Shown piece after piece: positions 24,040 through 36,652 of a DNA stretch of 64,000 nt. A program made the position numbers and the translations under genes. Below the pieces are notes generated by a model. That model saw only the letters and a list, made by a program, of their open reading frames with translations, did not search any database and was not told where the DNA came from. The DNA comes from Octopus sinensis (Eukaryota). The stretch covers positions 124,001 through 188,000 of the forward strand of contig NW_021836149.1 of NCBI RefSeq assembly GCF_006345805.1. The letters are read 5' to 3'. Numbering within the stretch: position 1 is the stretch's first letter; every line of letters begins with the position of its first letter.

Positions 24040-24225
24040 TTTTACGTGCCGGTAACACGTAAAAGCACCCATGACACTCTCGGACTGGTTGGCATTAGGA
24101 AAGGCATCCAGCTGTAGAAACTCTGCCAGATCAGATTGGAACCTGGTGCAGCCATCTGGTTCGCCAGTCCTCAGTCAATCCTCCAACCCATGCTACCATG
24201 GAAAGCGGACATTAAATGATGATGA
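24040..24225 (+). mobile_element. Family E 3' part
   Basis: GTGCCGGTAACAC..AGGAAAGGCATCCAGCTGTAGAAAC..(GAT)n. Confidence 0.8.
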
Positions 24226-25419
24226 TATATAAATTCATATAGAATTACTCACTCAGTCAGGATCAGTTTGAACCTATCTGATATCAGTATCTTAATAACA
24301 GCAAAATATCATTAACTATGTTTATATTTTTGCTTAGCCACCTTCAGATGCTTGTATGGCAGTGTTGTTATGCTCCTTTTGCAATCATATTACTTCAGGA
24401 TCAGTTTTAGTGTGCAGCACTTTGAGCAAGTGTGCCTTGGGCCAACCAATGTTTTGTGAGTAGATTTGATAGACAGAAACTGAAATAATCTTATTGTGTG
24501 TGTGTGTGTGAGTGTGTGTGTGTGTGTTTGTCACCTTGCTGTCACCTCCACTTGACAAACAGTACTGGTTTGTTTACATTCCTGAAAGCTAGCAACTCAG
24601 CAAAAAAAAACCCAGCAGAATAAGAACTAGACTTGGAAATGAACACTGAGGGTGTTCTGTCTGACTAAAACCCTCCGTAGTGGTGCCCCTTCATGACTGC
24701 AGTCCAATGACTGAAACAAGTAAAAGAAGACAGATTAACTACTCCTCTGCCATATTTATTTCCAAATATCTCAGCTTCATTAGTTATAGTCCATATGTTT
24801 TGTGCAATAAATATATAAAATAGAAATCTCAATAATTGAAACAAAAATATGATGCTTACTGCCATACCTGCTTTGGCATGAACAACTATTTCCTTTCATG
24901 TTTTTTATGTTTTTCTTCTTATTAATCTTTTTTATTTTATATATTTCATATTTAGTTGCATGGTAATAATTCTGTAATAATTCTTTTCTGGAACGTTGAC
25001 ATCAACAAGATCAGTCTGTATTTTAAACATTCTCATATAATCTTCCCCATTAATCTAAATATCTGTTGTGTCTAGGGAGAGTCTGAATATCTGCTTATCC
25101 ATTTAACAGAAACAAAAATACATTCTAAAAAAGATAGAGAAGCAATGTTTGAGGAATGCATAGCAGAATTGTCAAAGCATCAGATAAAACCTTTTGTCAT
25201 TTTGATTTAATGGTCTTTACATCACAATTCTTCCCAGGGCTTTCTGTTTTAGCATTCAGTGAGGGGCTTGCTAAAATAAGTACCAGACAATAAAATCAGT
25301 GCTGACATTATTAGCTTTACCCTAGTTGGCCATACTTCAGCATGGTCACAATCTAACAAGTGAAACCCATAAAAAATATAAATTGCTGAGGGTTAAATTG
25401 AGAAAATATGAGCACAATT

Positions 25420-26150
25420 TCATCATCATCATCATCGTTTAACGTCTGCTTTTTAGGCTAGCACGGGTTGGACGCTTCGACCGGGATCTGGGAAGCCAGG
25501 AAGTTGCACCAGGCTCCAGTCTGATTTGGCAGTGTTTCTACAGATGGATGCCCTTCCTAACGCCAACCACTCTGTGAGTGTAGTGGGTGCTTTTTACGTG
25601 CCACAGGCACAGGTATCACAACTACAATTTCCATTTGATATTTATTTTGATATTGATGTACTTGACTCAATAGATCTCCTCAAGCACAGCAGGTCACGTG
25701 CCACTGGCACAGACGTTTATATTTGATTATTTGTCATTTAGTCCCTGCCAAAGACTTACCTTAATGAAAACTAAGAGTGTTTACTGTTGACAGAGTTTGT
25801 CATGGTAACGGATTTTCCTAACTGAAAATCTTCAGATTCTACTCTAACATTGCTTTTAATCTTCACACAATGAAATCAAATGCAAATACCAGCATCGCCT
25901 TACTGGCACCTGTGCCGGTGGCATGTGTAAAAGATTCGAGCAAGGTCGTTGCCAGTACCGCCTGACTGGCACGTAAAAGCACCCACTACACTCTCCCAGA
26001 GTGGTTGGTGTTAGGAAGGGCATCCAGCTGTAGAAACTCTGCCAGATCAAGATTGAAGCCTGGTGCAGCTATCTGGTTCGCCAGCCCTCAGTCAAATCGT
26101 CCAATCCATGCTAGCATTGAAAATGGACGTTAAATGATGATGATGATGAA
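25420..26150. mobile_element. Two family E elements in opposite orientation (25420-25710 -, 25880-26150 +)
   Basis: (CAT)n-tailed reverse copy and (GAT)n-tailed forward copy, heads facing each other across ~170 bp. Confidence 0.8.
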
Positions 26151-26740
26151 AGGAACTAGAATCTGAAACTGCAATTTTGGGACTGTACGAGCATGTGAAC
26201 CAATAACAGTAGATATTTTATATAAACAGTGCTGCTAATACCTCAATAAAGTATTTGTCAGGTGTTAGAATAAAAGCCTTTTAATGAACATCTATTCTTC
26301 CATTCTTGCATACTTCCAGTTTTTACCTGGTTGAGTAACTCAAGTAAGGACATCTTTATACAACAGTGCATATGCAGGTGCAATATATTGAACAAAGAGC
26401 AAATGAAATGTTCTCAGCAAGGTCTTCATTAACTGTTTGCAAAATTATATAATATGAGAGCACTAATAAAAAATCTTATATCTAATATTTAGTATTTTTG
26501 AAATAAAATTTCATGAAATTTGGTTTTATTTTGAAGCTGATTTAAATGCGGTTCAAGAATTTTATGGCTACAATATGAAGTTATCCTGAATTTTTATATC
26601 AGAAGTATCATGTATAGTTTTCAATAGAATACATTAAGAACTAAAGAAAACAAAAATAAAATAAATACAGCAATAACAAAGGAATCGTCATGGAATCCTG
26701 TAAAATCTTGATTTTACCAACATTGAAAAGGAACATGACT

Positions 26741-26859
26741 GCTTTATTCTGTCCCAGAAGGTTGTCGCTTTGGGGGATGTGTAGGAATTTCTAGTGCATC
26801 TGATTCATTTTGAAGAACATCAGTAAGCTTCTGGTGTTGCTTATTAGTCTCAGAATACC
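26741..26859 (-). CDS. Weak candidate terminal exon (RYSETNKQHQKLTDVLQNESDALEIPTHPPKRQPSGTE*)
   Basis: Acceptor ctctactgaattag|, 38 open codons of protein-like composition ending TAA, minus-strand AATAAA ~210 bp downstream. No homology recognised; coordinates approximate to a few bases. Confidence 0.25.
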
Positions 26860-27189
26860 TCTAATTCAGTAGAGCAATGATCACTGACTTTCCAGTTGTG
26901 ACCATCCCATCTTTTATATGTTCTTCCTGATTAAATCAGAGGTTTGATTTTGAGCAGAATTTTGCATCTATTTCTAGTAGACTGAGTCTAAAGGCTTCCG
27001 TGTTAGCTTATTTTCAGGTGAGATTTAACATTTGATGATTATCAAATAATTTAAAGTTTTTTAATTAAGTTTCCTTTATTTCAATGTTTCTGTTTTACTA
27101 TTTTATAAAGCAAAACTAATGAAATCCTAATCGTGTAATCTTCATAGTTCTGTTTTCAACTTGGAATATTTATTTTACTATTTTATTTT

Positions 27190-27385
27190 GGACACAACGT
27201 TTGTGCTGACATAACAGTCCATAATGCACGTGAAGCACGTGACACTATACTGACCAATTCGAAAATTGATTGCTTCATATTCCAGTAAATCTGTCAGCTA
27301 ACCATTGTTAAGAAGCCACGAGAAGCTATCAATCTGAATGTTTTATATATGGTCACATATTCACAACAGTAAACGAAAAGTAAGT
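27190..27385 (+). promoter_or_regulatory. Candidate promoter/first exon: tandem E-boxes, CCAAT, local CpG enrichment, strong donor
   Basis: CACGTG at 27227 and 27236 (second is CACGTGAC), CCAAT at 27254, several CpGs in unique sequence, AAAA|gtaagt at 27379/80. Confidence 0.3.
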
Positions 27386-28046
27386 TTATTAATACCGCGG
27401 TGTAATTTCTCTACTAGATAAGTTTAACTAGTTTTAAGTAATATACATAACTTTACAGTTGAATTGTAATCTATCATTGAACACCTGCTACCGAATGAGA
27501 TTTCTATGCAATATAGATTTCCCGTCAAACATATGGAACAATGCATATCATCATATGCTTCTCTCTTCTGTTATTCCTCTTGCACACAGTTAAATCTATT
27601 GACTTTTTATGGTTAAACCGATGACCAATTGGGATTGATTGAATCATTCCGAGTTCATTGTCTGTATTTAGTTTCATGCTATCTTAGAATAATAATCAAT
27701 ATAAAGTCTAGTCTGATGCTCCCCTCTTTCCATCAATTCCACCAATTTCACTAAACGAAGTATTAAAATTAAATGAAATTGGTAAACTCTGTCTAATGAA
27801 CACACGTAACTTCCAAACTCTATTTGATATATTACGATATATTACAAAAATGAATACCTCCCCTCCGTTCACGGTGGGAAAATTGGTGTGCTGTTAAGAA
27901 ACTCACTTTCAGAAAGTATGATCTGAAATTTGGTTTGTTTCACTCTGTAGCATCTTCAAGTGTCTTCTGATATAGACTCTGGCCTATTAATATTTTGAGA
28001 GTAAAATCAACAACCAGAAATGGTGCAGAAGCTTGTATACACACAC

Positions 28047-28051
28047 TACAT

Positions 28052-28099
<48 letters not shown>

Positions 28100-28210
28100 A
28101 TATGTATGTATACACACACACAGATATATACATACATATATATATATATGCATACATATAAATATATATGCATACATATATAAATATATATATATATACA
28201 TATATATATG

Positions 28211-28241
<31 letters not shown>

Positions 28242-28405
28242 ATATATACATATGCATACATATATATATGCATACATATATACATACATATATACATACA
28301 TATATACATATATATATGCATACATATATACATATATATACATACATATATACATACATATATATATGTGTGTGTGTGTATACACATATATATACAGTAT
28401 ATATA
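28047..28405. repeat. Compound (TA)n/(TACA)n/(TGCA) microsatellite
   Basis: Direct reading. Confidence 0.95.
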
Positions 28406-28550
28406 TTTATATTCTTTTATTCTTCTACATATCTCAGCCATTTGACTGTAGCCATGCTGGAGCACCATCTTAAAGGGTTTCAGTAGAACAAATTGACTCC
28501 TGTACATTATTTACATTTCACGGACATTTGACCTCATCTTGTTTGTTGTT

Positions 28551-28592
28551 AACACGCTTCGGCTGATATACTCTCCAGCCTTCATCAGATGT
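28551..28592 (-). ncRNA. Degenerate minimal hammerhead ribozyme motif in a short interspersed repeat (~28505-28645)
   Basis: Minus strand ACAT-CTGATGA-A-GGCTG-GAGAGTATAT-CAGCC-GAAG-CGT-GTT: perfect CUGAUGA and 5-bp stem II; GAAA is mutated to GAAG. Confidence 0.55.
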
Positions 28593-28655
28593 CTTGTGGA
28601 AATTTCGAACCTGGGTTCTCATTCCTAAGGTATTTTTCGATGTTATTAAGGCAGC

Positions 28656-28705
28656 TGACAACCACTACGCCATATGCCCATGGGCATATGGCATAGTGGT
28701 TGTCA
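28656..28705. repeat. 50-bp spacerless palindrome
   Basis: TGACAACCACTACGCCATATGCCCA|TGGGCATATGGCATAGTGGTTGTCA, one mismatch. Confidence 0.95.
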
Positions 28706-29214
28706 CAACCTGGGACCTTGAAGACTGCTTTAATGCAAGAAGGTATACTAGTCCCTTGATATTTGGTATTCAATATTTCATCTATTCAATATGACAATCA
28801 ATACTTCATTTCATTTTACTATATATATTATTTATATTATATATTCTATATTCTACATTAATATTATAAAGAATATAAATAAAACAAAAAACAGAGTTGG
28901 AATTCCTTTGAATAATATTTATATTATTGTTTGTTTTTATGTTCAGTTATAAAAACAATTTTACATTAATCTAATGGGTTACTTTATACTTTTGCATATG
29001 TATATTATTCTTATTTAAGAATAATATACATATATGTGTGAGTGCGTGTGTGTATAAATCCAAATTGAGAGAATGGAGGCATGTAAGTTCCATTCTACAT
29101 ATGTTTCCTAGCTAGCAGAACTTTGGCAGCAGTAATTTGTCAACTAGCAGGACCCCACTAGGTACTCATCAGGCTGCTGATTACTATCTTCCTTTACTTA
29201 GATCCTTGCATCTT

Positions 29215-29230
29215 ATATATATCTATCTAC

Positions 29231-29292
<62 letters not shown>

Positions 29293-29326
29293 TTTATTAT
29301 ATATATATATATATATATTTGTATAT
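29215..29326. repeat. (TA)n microsatellite
   Basis: Direct reading. Confidence 0.95.
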
Positions 29327-29946
29327 AGTTAGTTGCCATGAACAGATAACATACCCTTTTCTCTTCTAGACACAAGGCCCAAAATTTTTGGTGAGAAGGC
29401 CAGTTGATTAGATCCACCCTAGTATGCAACTAGTACTTAATTTATTGACCCCAAAAGGATGAAAGGCAAAGTCGACCTCAGTGGAATTTGAACTCAGAAC
29501 ATAAAGACAGATGAAATACCACTAAGCATTTCACCTGGAACAGATAATATACTGTAATCTAAAATGCAAACTAATAACACTTTAACAAGTTAGGGGTACC
29601 TGGTAGTGTCCATACAGGTAAAATGGTATAATGAGCAGTGAGTATTTACTTTTGAGATGTGATAATTAGGAATTGCTAAAATATTTGCCAAATTTAAAAA
29701 TAAGTACAGGGTTGAAATTTGTTTACTAAAACCCTTGGAGGTAATGTCCTAGCATGCTGAAAATCCAGTCACTGAAACAGGTAATTGCATATTATTTTCT
29801 CCTCTGAAATATCTTTCTAAAGTTGTTGGAAAAAATGGTACCAATTTTCTGCCAATCTCATTGACTTCTTCAAAAAATTATAGGCCTGTCATTATAGAAA
29901 AATTAATAGAAGTAAAACTTCAATCGTATCCCTGTTTCATTCTTAC

Positions 29947-30059
29947 CTTTAACTACAACTCAATGAACATAGCATAGCAAAGAATGATCTCTATCAGACA
30001 TAGTGGCTCTAGTTACACTAGTTGAAGGCAAACGTCTTCACTGGTGTCCCAAAGACATT
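29947..30059 (-). other. Candidate non-coding exon (113 nt) with strong splice sites
   Basis: Acceptor ttttttttttcattcag| and donor TAAAG|gtaaga; stops in all three frames. Confidence 0.3.
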
Positions 30060-30824
30060 CTGAATGAAAAAAAAAAATGTAATATTTTTGCTGTTGTTTC
30101 TTTAAGTTTATCACACTTCTAGCCTGAAAGAGTCAATTAATATTTCTACGCTTCACATATTGAAAAGTAACATTCTCAGTAAATCCCTTATTTAATCATT
30201 CTCTCTTTCTATATCTCTCTCTTTCTCTCCGCTCTCTCTCTCTATTTCTATCCCTGTTTCTATTTCTCCTTTAGGTAGTATGTCACAAAATGCTGTCAGC
30301 ATAATTTTTCTTTCAAATGTAATGTTTTTCTGAAGATTGAATAGCTCCTTGAACACATCTGAAGCAGATTGTTATTTTCTTTCTTTTTAAAATTATAAAA
30401 TAAAATAAAAATTCTGAACCATACCTCAACAGAAAATTACATCATATTTTCCCTTAAGCTATGAGCCATAACTGTTTTCCTTGGGAACCAATTTGATGAT
30501 AATCCCCACCCACTTGATAAATATTGCCAATGAAAAATACAGAGACTGGATTCTATTTTCACAAAAAATATTCTACAGAGTATAGTTCTCTTGTTATAAA
30601 AAGGTGATTTTTTTTCTGTGGACAGCTACATAATACAAATAATATTTTGAAAACGTTAATATAAAATAACATTAATCTGGCTTAAAGTGATGCAATATTG
30701 ATTTTTTGCGAATGAGCAAATGATTTCAGTTAATTTTATAGTACCAAAAGAGGAGGGGAAACACCTGGTATCTGGTATCCAGGATGGTCTGAGATTGATA
30801 AGATCCATGTATTGGATTGATAAG

Positions 30825-31135
30825 ATCCAACCACCTCTCAAGCTTCTTTGATAACGTCCAGGTTTCTGAGCCATATAGTAGAATTGGTTCGACTGTGGCT
30901 TTGAAGATTTCAAGTTTGAAGTCTCTACTTAGATTTGATGACCAGATCTTATGCATGTCATTACAGGCTGACCAGGCCATATCCTTTCTAGTTAGAAAAT
31001 CTTTTCCAGATGATGATATGTATGACCCAAGATATTTGTAATCAGAAACCATATTTAAGGGCGCATTGTTGAGAGTATGGATGATGCAATCACTGTTGGA
31101 CAAGCACTTGTTTATATATTCAGTCTTGGCTTTGG
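30825..31135 (-). pseudogene. RTE-clade LINE RT C-terminal fragment
   Basis: VSDYKYLGSYISSSGKDFLTRKDMAWSACNDMHKIW..FKATVEPILLYGSETWTLSKKLERWLD. Confidence 0.85.
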
Positions 31136-31465
31136 TCAGCCTGGGGCAATTGTAGAAAATGCTTACCCAAGGTGCCGTGCAGTGGAACCGAATCCAAAAG
31201 AACATGCTTGCAAAGAGAATTCCTCAGATACATTAAGGAAATGAAAATAATGAAAAGAAAATGCATGATGATGATGATGATGATGATGATGAGGGCTAGA
31301 ATACTTTTTTTTTTATTCTTGATCTACTCAATCAGAACTGAGCTGCGGGATAAACACTGACGATCAATGTGCCTCAAGATAAGGCCACCTAATCACGTCA
31401 GAAAAAAATTGTTCCTATTACACAAAGCTTTACTAAAAAGAAAGATTGAATACCATTTGTTTTCA

Positions 31466-31881
31466 TATCATCATCATCATCATCATTGATATCAGCAACA
31501 TCGACATTGTCATTGCCATCATTATTGTTGTTGTTGTTATCATCACTGTCATCATCAGCGTCATCATCATCCTTTTCATTATTATTGTCATCATTGTCAT
31601 CATCATCATTATCATTGTTTTCATCATCTTCATCATCATCTTCATCATCATCATCATCGTTATCATCATCACTACCATCAACATCATCATCTTCATTATC
31701 AGCATCATCGTCAGCATCATCAACATCGTCGTCGTCATCATTTTCATCACCATCATCACCACCATCATCATTATCATCATCATCATCACAAGTGTCATTC
31801 TCATCATCATCATCATCGTTGTTGTTTTCATTGTCATAATCATTATCATCATCGTCATCATCATAATCATTATCATCATCA
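31466..31881. repeat. Cryptic (CAT/ATC)n trinucleotide array
   Basis: ~415 bp degenerate triplet repeat; produces the poly-I/M/S pseudo-ORFs. Confidence 0.95.
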
Positions 31882-32633
31882 GTAGGATGTTACAGAATTT
31901 ACAAATGGTTTTTGTTTTCCTCTTTATACATTCCTCATTTAAAACTTGGTCGGCAGGTGGGACGGGGGCTCCTAATTCTTTCTTTTCCCAACAAAAACAA
32001 AAGCAAAAAAAAAACAAAGACAAAGCGAGAATCTTTGAAGTCCAATTATAGAACAAATAAATATTATATATTCATAACTCCATAACTAATTTTATATTTT
32101 TATAAATAGTCCTATTAAATGAATAAAACGCTAATAGTAAAAAGACATAGGAACAATATGTTGAATAACTAACTTATTTCTTATTTATTAAAGCAGTTTA
32201 ATGGAATAATTTATTCCTACTGGTAATTTAATTTACATTTTTCAGAACTGTTTCTTGCAGATATTTATCAGTTTTTTTTTTGGGTTTTTGTTTGTTTGTT
32301 TTTGTTTTCAAGTCTTATGCTATGAAGCGTAAGATATTCAAATTAAGTTACAACTATTTTGCAAGTTACTGTTGCATGTTCTGCAATGCAATGATTTTAT
32401 TTTCAATACAATCTTTTTTTTTTTTTTGTTTTTGAAATAATCAAAGTTTTTATCCACATGTGTAATTAGTCATTCAAGTTTAAAAAATCTTTTTCCTGTG
32501 TAGATAAAAAGTAGGAAAATGGCCTTATTTCTGTCTCTGAGTTCAATATTTTGAGGTTTGTAAGAATATAAAAAAAAACAAAAAACAAAACAAAACAAAT
32601 CGGTCAAATAAATAAAAAGTATTTGCATATACA

Positions 32634-33066
32634 GGTGCAGAAGTGGCTGTGTGGTAAGAAGCTTGCTTCCCAACCACATGGTTCTGAGTTCAGTCCCACT
32701 GTATGGCACCTTGTGTAAGTGTCTCCTACTATATAGCCTCGGGCTGACCAAAGCCTTGTCAGAGGATTTGATAGACGGAAACTGAAAGTAGTCCATCGTG
32801 TATATATATATATTTCGAAACGCGGAGTAGATGAAACAAAGACGACAGAAGAAGAGGAATTTTCCTTGTATTGTATGTCCTGTACTCTATTTTTTCGTTA
32901 AGAAAAATGTCCATTTCCTTGGTTTTGTGTTTATGTTTTCGTTTCTCATTGTGTTCGACGTTTTTTTGGTGTCCTGTACCCATATATGCATGTATATATA
33001 CATGTAGAGGTAGGTACATACATATATGTATGTATATATGCATATGTTTTATTTTATTTATTAATT

Positions 33067-33107
<41 letters not shown>

Positions 33108-33373
33108 GAATTTACAAAAAAGCAAAAGACGAAGACAGGTGTGTAAACAACGAATGTGTGTGTGTGTATTTGTGCATCTGTGTTTGTCCTTCCCCCATCG
33201 CTTGACAACTGATGCTGGTGTGTTTACAAACTCGTAACTTAGCTGTTCAACAAAAGGAACTGATAGAATAAGTACTAGGCTTACAAAGAATAAGTCCTGG
33301 AGTTAAATTGTTCAACTAAATGGGGTGCTCCAGCATGGCCACAGTCACATGACTGAAACAAGTAAAAGAATAA
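32634..33373 (+). mobile_element. SINE family A with foreign repeat fragments nested in its internal (TA)n (~32813-33150)
   Basis: The A head (32634-32800) and A tail (33155-33373) are separated by unrelated sequence bounded by (TA)n. Confidence 0.8.
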
Positions 33374-33644
33374 AATCCCCTAGCTAGGATTATATTTACA
33401 GCTACTAACCCTGGCCATAAAACTGACACCTACACTTACTTCCTGCTGTGCCAAAGAATAACACTAGCAGCATCTGTCTGTCTGTCTGTTTGAATCCCTT
33501 TTATCTTCTTTACTTTTGTATTTATTTTATTTTACTTTACTTTATCTTGTATTTCTTACTTTATCTTCCTTTATCTATATCTTTTGCTTATATTCATGAT
33601 ATTTTTATATTCTTCAGCAATGCCATGTAAACTGCTTCTCTCTC

Positions 33645-33868
33645 AGCTGGCAGAAGCTTTAGCACACCGGGTGAAATGCGTAGCCGTATTTCGTCTGCCG
33701 CTACGTTGTGAGTTCAAATTCCGCTAGGGTCGACTTTGTCTTTCATCCTTTCGGGGTCGATAAATTAAGTACCAGTTACGCACTGGGGTAGATGTAATCG
33801 ACTTTATCCCTTTGTCTGTCCTTGTTTGTCCCCTCTATGTTTAGCCCCTTGTGGGCAATAAAGAAATA
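33645..33868 (+). mobile_element. SINE family B (young)
   Basis: Family B sequence with CpGs retained. Confidence 0.9.
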
Positions 33869-34109
33869 TCTCTCTGTACATTTGACCCCCACCTCTCTAC
33901 TTATTATTCTTCTCCTTTCTCTTTTTCCCTCATACCCTCTACCGTTCTATTACAATACCCGTCTCTCTTTCTACTTACTTCTTCTCTCTTTAGCCAATTT
34001 CTACTATCTGGCACTATCATACCATTATGAACCTTGAGCATGGAAGTATTCATCCTGGACATCTACAATATGAGGAATATTATCTTACCTGGATTCACAT
34101 TGGAAATGT

Positions 34110-35773
34110 GCAATGACTGACTCTTTCCAAGGCTTCTGCAACTACTTAAGTCATCCATGCTCTACAAACCTAGCTTAAATGCATGCAGTAGGACAGACTC
34201 TGCTAAATGCATCTACAGGTCAGGTGGTATTGTTAAAATGAGTAATGGATTGAGCCTTCTCTTCAAGAAGAAGAACAGTTGCTGTGTTAAGCTTCCACAG
34301 AATTTCTATTTTCCAAATCTCATTCATGATATTTCTGACTGACACACGGCTGATAAAAGACTCTTACTAAGGTGATGGGCTGTGGGATCAAATCCAAAGC
34401 CATATAGTTCCAATGAATCAAAGGTGAGAAGGCTAAATGAGGGTCTCATTCACTGTCTCTAATTACATGAGTACCTAAAATAACTAGCAAAAGCATGATA
34501 GAAATTATCAAATCATACGCGATAGAGAAGAACAGCCATAGTTTTTAGTTACTTGTACATTTTGATATGTCAGATACTTTACTTAGGTAAATAAATACTG
34601 ATAATATATTTTAAATTAGAAATTGAATTAGCCAAATAAATATTGATCTTTGGTCCTTATAATTTACCCAGATAGTCTCAGATATTTTCAAACATTTACA
34701 AACAATTATTCGAATGATTTTTCCTCCATCTCTACCTACACACAAAACAAGATAAGACTCTTAGTTACCATTAATTTGATTTTACCTATCTTCAGCAAAT
34801 AGATATTTCTCATATAATTGATCCGCTAAATATATGACAATCTAAATAGATTTTGATAGAATTGAAACTATAGCAATATTCTGAGATCCCTGATTCAAAG
34901 TACTGTTACTAAGGCAACAGTTGTAAACTGGTCAAGAACACAATTGTGGTCAGCTTGAATTCCCTTCTTTCCATCCTCATAGGTTCATTAGATTTAAATA
35001 GGTGCAAAGACATGTCAGAATAATTGATTGGCAAAGTGAAATAGAAATTTTATTCTTAAAATAATGTCATAACCCTAACTGCTTGATATTATTGATTATC
35101 TGAGCAAATATTGGTTGAGAGGTTATTGCTTAAAATGACATATCAGTACAATATATTCCACCCTCTGACTGATTTACCTTCTTTTAATCTGATTACTTGT
35201 AGTCGTTTCTTTTTGACATTGCTATTGAGAAAGGAATAAACAGCACAAAATCCTATTTCCCTTCTTCTATAAATTTGAAGCTCTTTTCCAATGTCAGAAA
35301 TCAATCACACAAATAACTGATACTATCTCGTATTTAGTATTACATTCCTTGTTTTGGATTTCAGAAGATCAATACAGAGTGAGCAGCTCTTTCTTCAGAC
35401 AATTCCAGTATTACACATCTTCTAAATATACCTAGCCAGTTCTTTTTGTAATTGCATTGTCAAAGTGGCAATGGCAATGACTGACTCTTTCCAAGGCCTC
35501 TGCAACTACTTAAGTCATCCATGCTCTACAAACCTAGCTTAAATGCATGCGGTAGGATGGACTCTGCTAAATGCATCTACAGGTCAGGTGGTATTGTTAA
35601 AATGGGTAATGGATTGAGCCTACTCTTCAAGAAAAGGAACAGTTGCTGTGTTAAGCTTCCACAGAATTTCTATTTACCAAATCTCATTCATGATATTTTT
35701 GGCTGACACAAGGCTGATAAAAGGCTATTGCTAAGGTGATGGGCTCTGGGATCAAATCCAAAGCCATATAGTT
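34110..35773. repeat. 300-bp direct repeat (34110-34409 and 35474-35773)
   Basis: 16 substitutions in 300 bp by manual alignment; ~1.06 kb unique spacer. Confidence 0.9.
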
Positions 35774-36129
35774 GTCAAGCAAATTTCTTAAGTGTGCAGC
35801 CATTTTGCACCCTATGTTAGAAATATAAATACTATATTATATCATCATCACCACCACCGTCACCATCATCACTATCATTATCATCATCATATCATCATTA
35901 TCATTATTTGGTACCCAGTTTCCATGTACATATGGACAGGACAGTTTAAAAGAATCTGCTACCTCACAAGACTGTCTCATTCTCCAGTGTCTTCTTTGGC
36001 ATAATTTCTATGATGAGAGACCCTCCATCAGTGATTATGTGAACTTATTATATTATATGCTTTAGCATCTCATGTAAATTTATTTTTCATTATAGACATT
36101 CAATCTTTGACTTGAACCATCATCATCCA

Positions 36130-36652
36130 TTGGGCAATAAATTGGACTTGCGAAGACCTGTTGAGTGAAGTCATAGAAGTCAGTACCGCCTGATTGGCAC
36201 CTATGCTGGTGGCATATAAAAAGCACCATTCGAGCATGGTCAATGCCTGTGCCGCCTGACAGTTCCCATGCCAGTAGCACGTAAAAAGCACCATTCAAGT
36301 GTGATCATTGCCAGTTCTGGCAGACAGGCTCCCATACCGATGGCATGTAAAAAGCACCATTCGAGTGTGATCATTGCCAGTGCTGCCTGACTGACTCACA
36401 TGCTGGTGGCACATAAAAAGTAGCATTGAAGTGTGGCCGATGCCAGTACTGCTTGACTATCCCTCATGCCAGTGACATATAAAAAGCACCCACTACACTG
36501 TCGGAGTGGTTGGTGTGAGGAAGGACATCCAGCTGTAGAAACTTTGCCAGATCAGATTGGAGCTTGATGCAGCCTTCTAGCTTGTCAGCCCTGTCAAACC
36601 GTCCAGCTCATGCCAGCATGGAAAGCAGATGTTAAATGACGATGAGGATGAT
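36130..36652 (+). mobile_element. Family E element with about five ~60-bp hairpin units
   Basis: GGTGGCA(T/C)..AAAAAGCACCATTC(G/A)AG units, then the core and (GAT)n tail. Confidence 0.8.

Noticed and set aside
27007-27024. Recursive splice (ratchet) site ttattttcag|gtgag
   Set aside because: A single short motif in AT-rich DNA, with no evidence that it lies in a plus-strand intron.
32813-32860. Fourth hammerhead (CGAAACGCG..CAGAAGAAGAGG)
   Set aside because: Core elements are out of order or degenerate, and no stems could be assigned.
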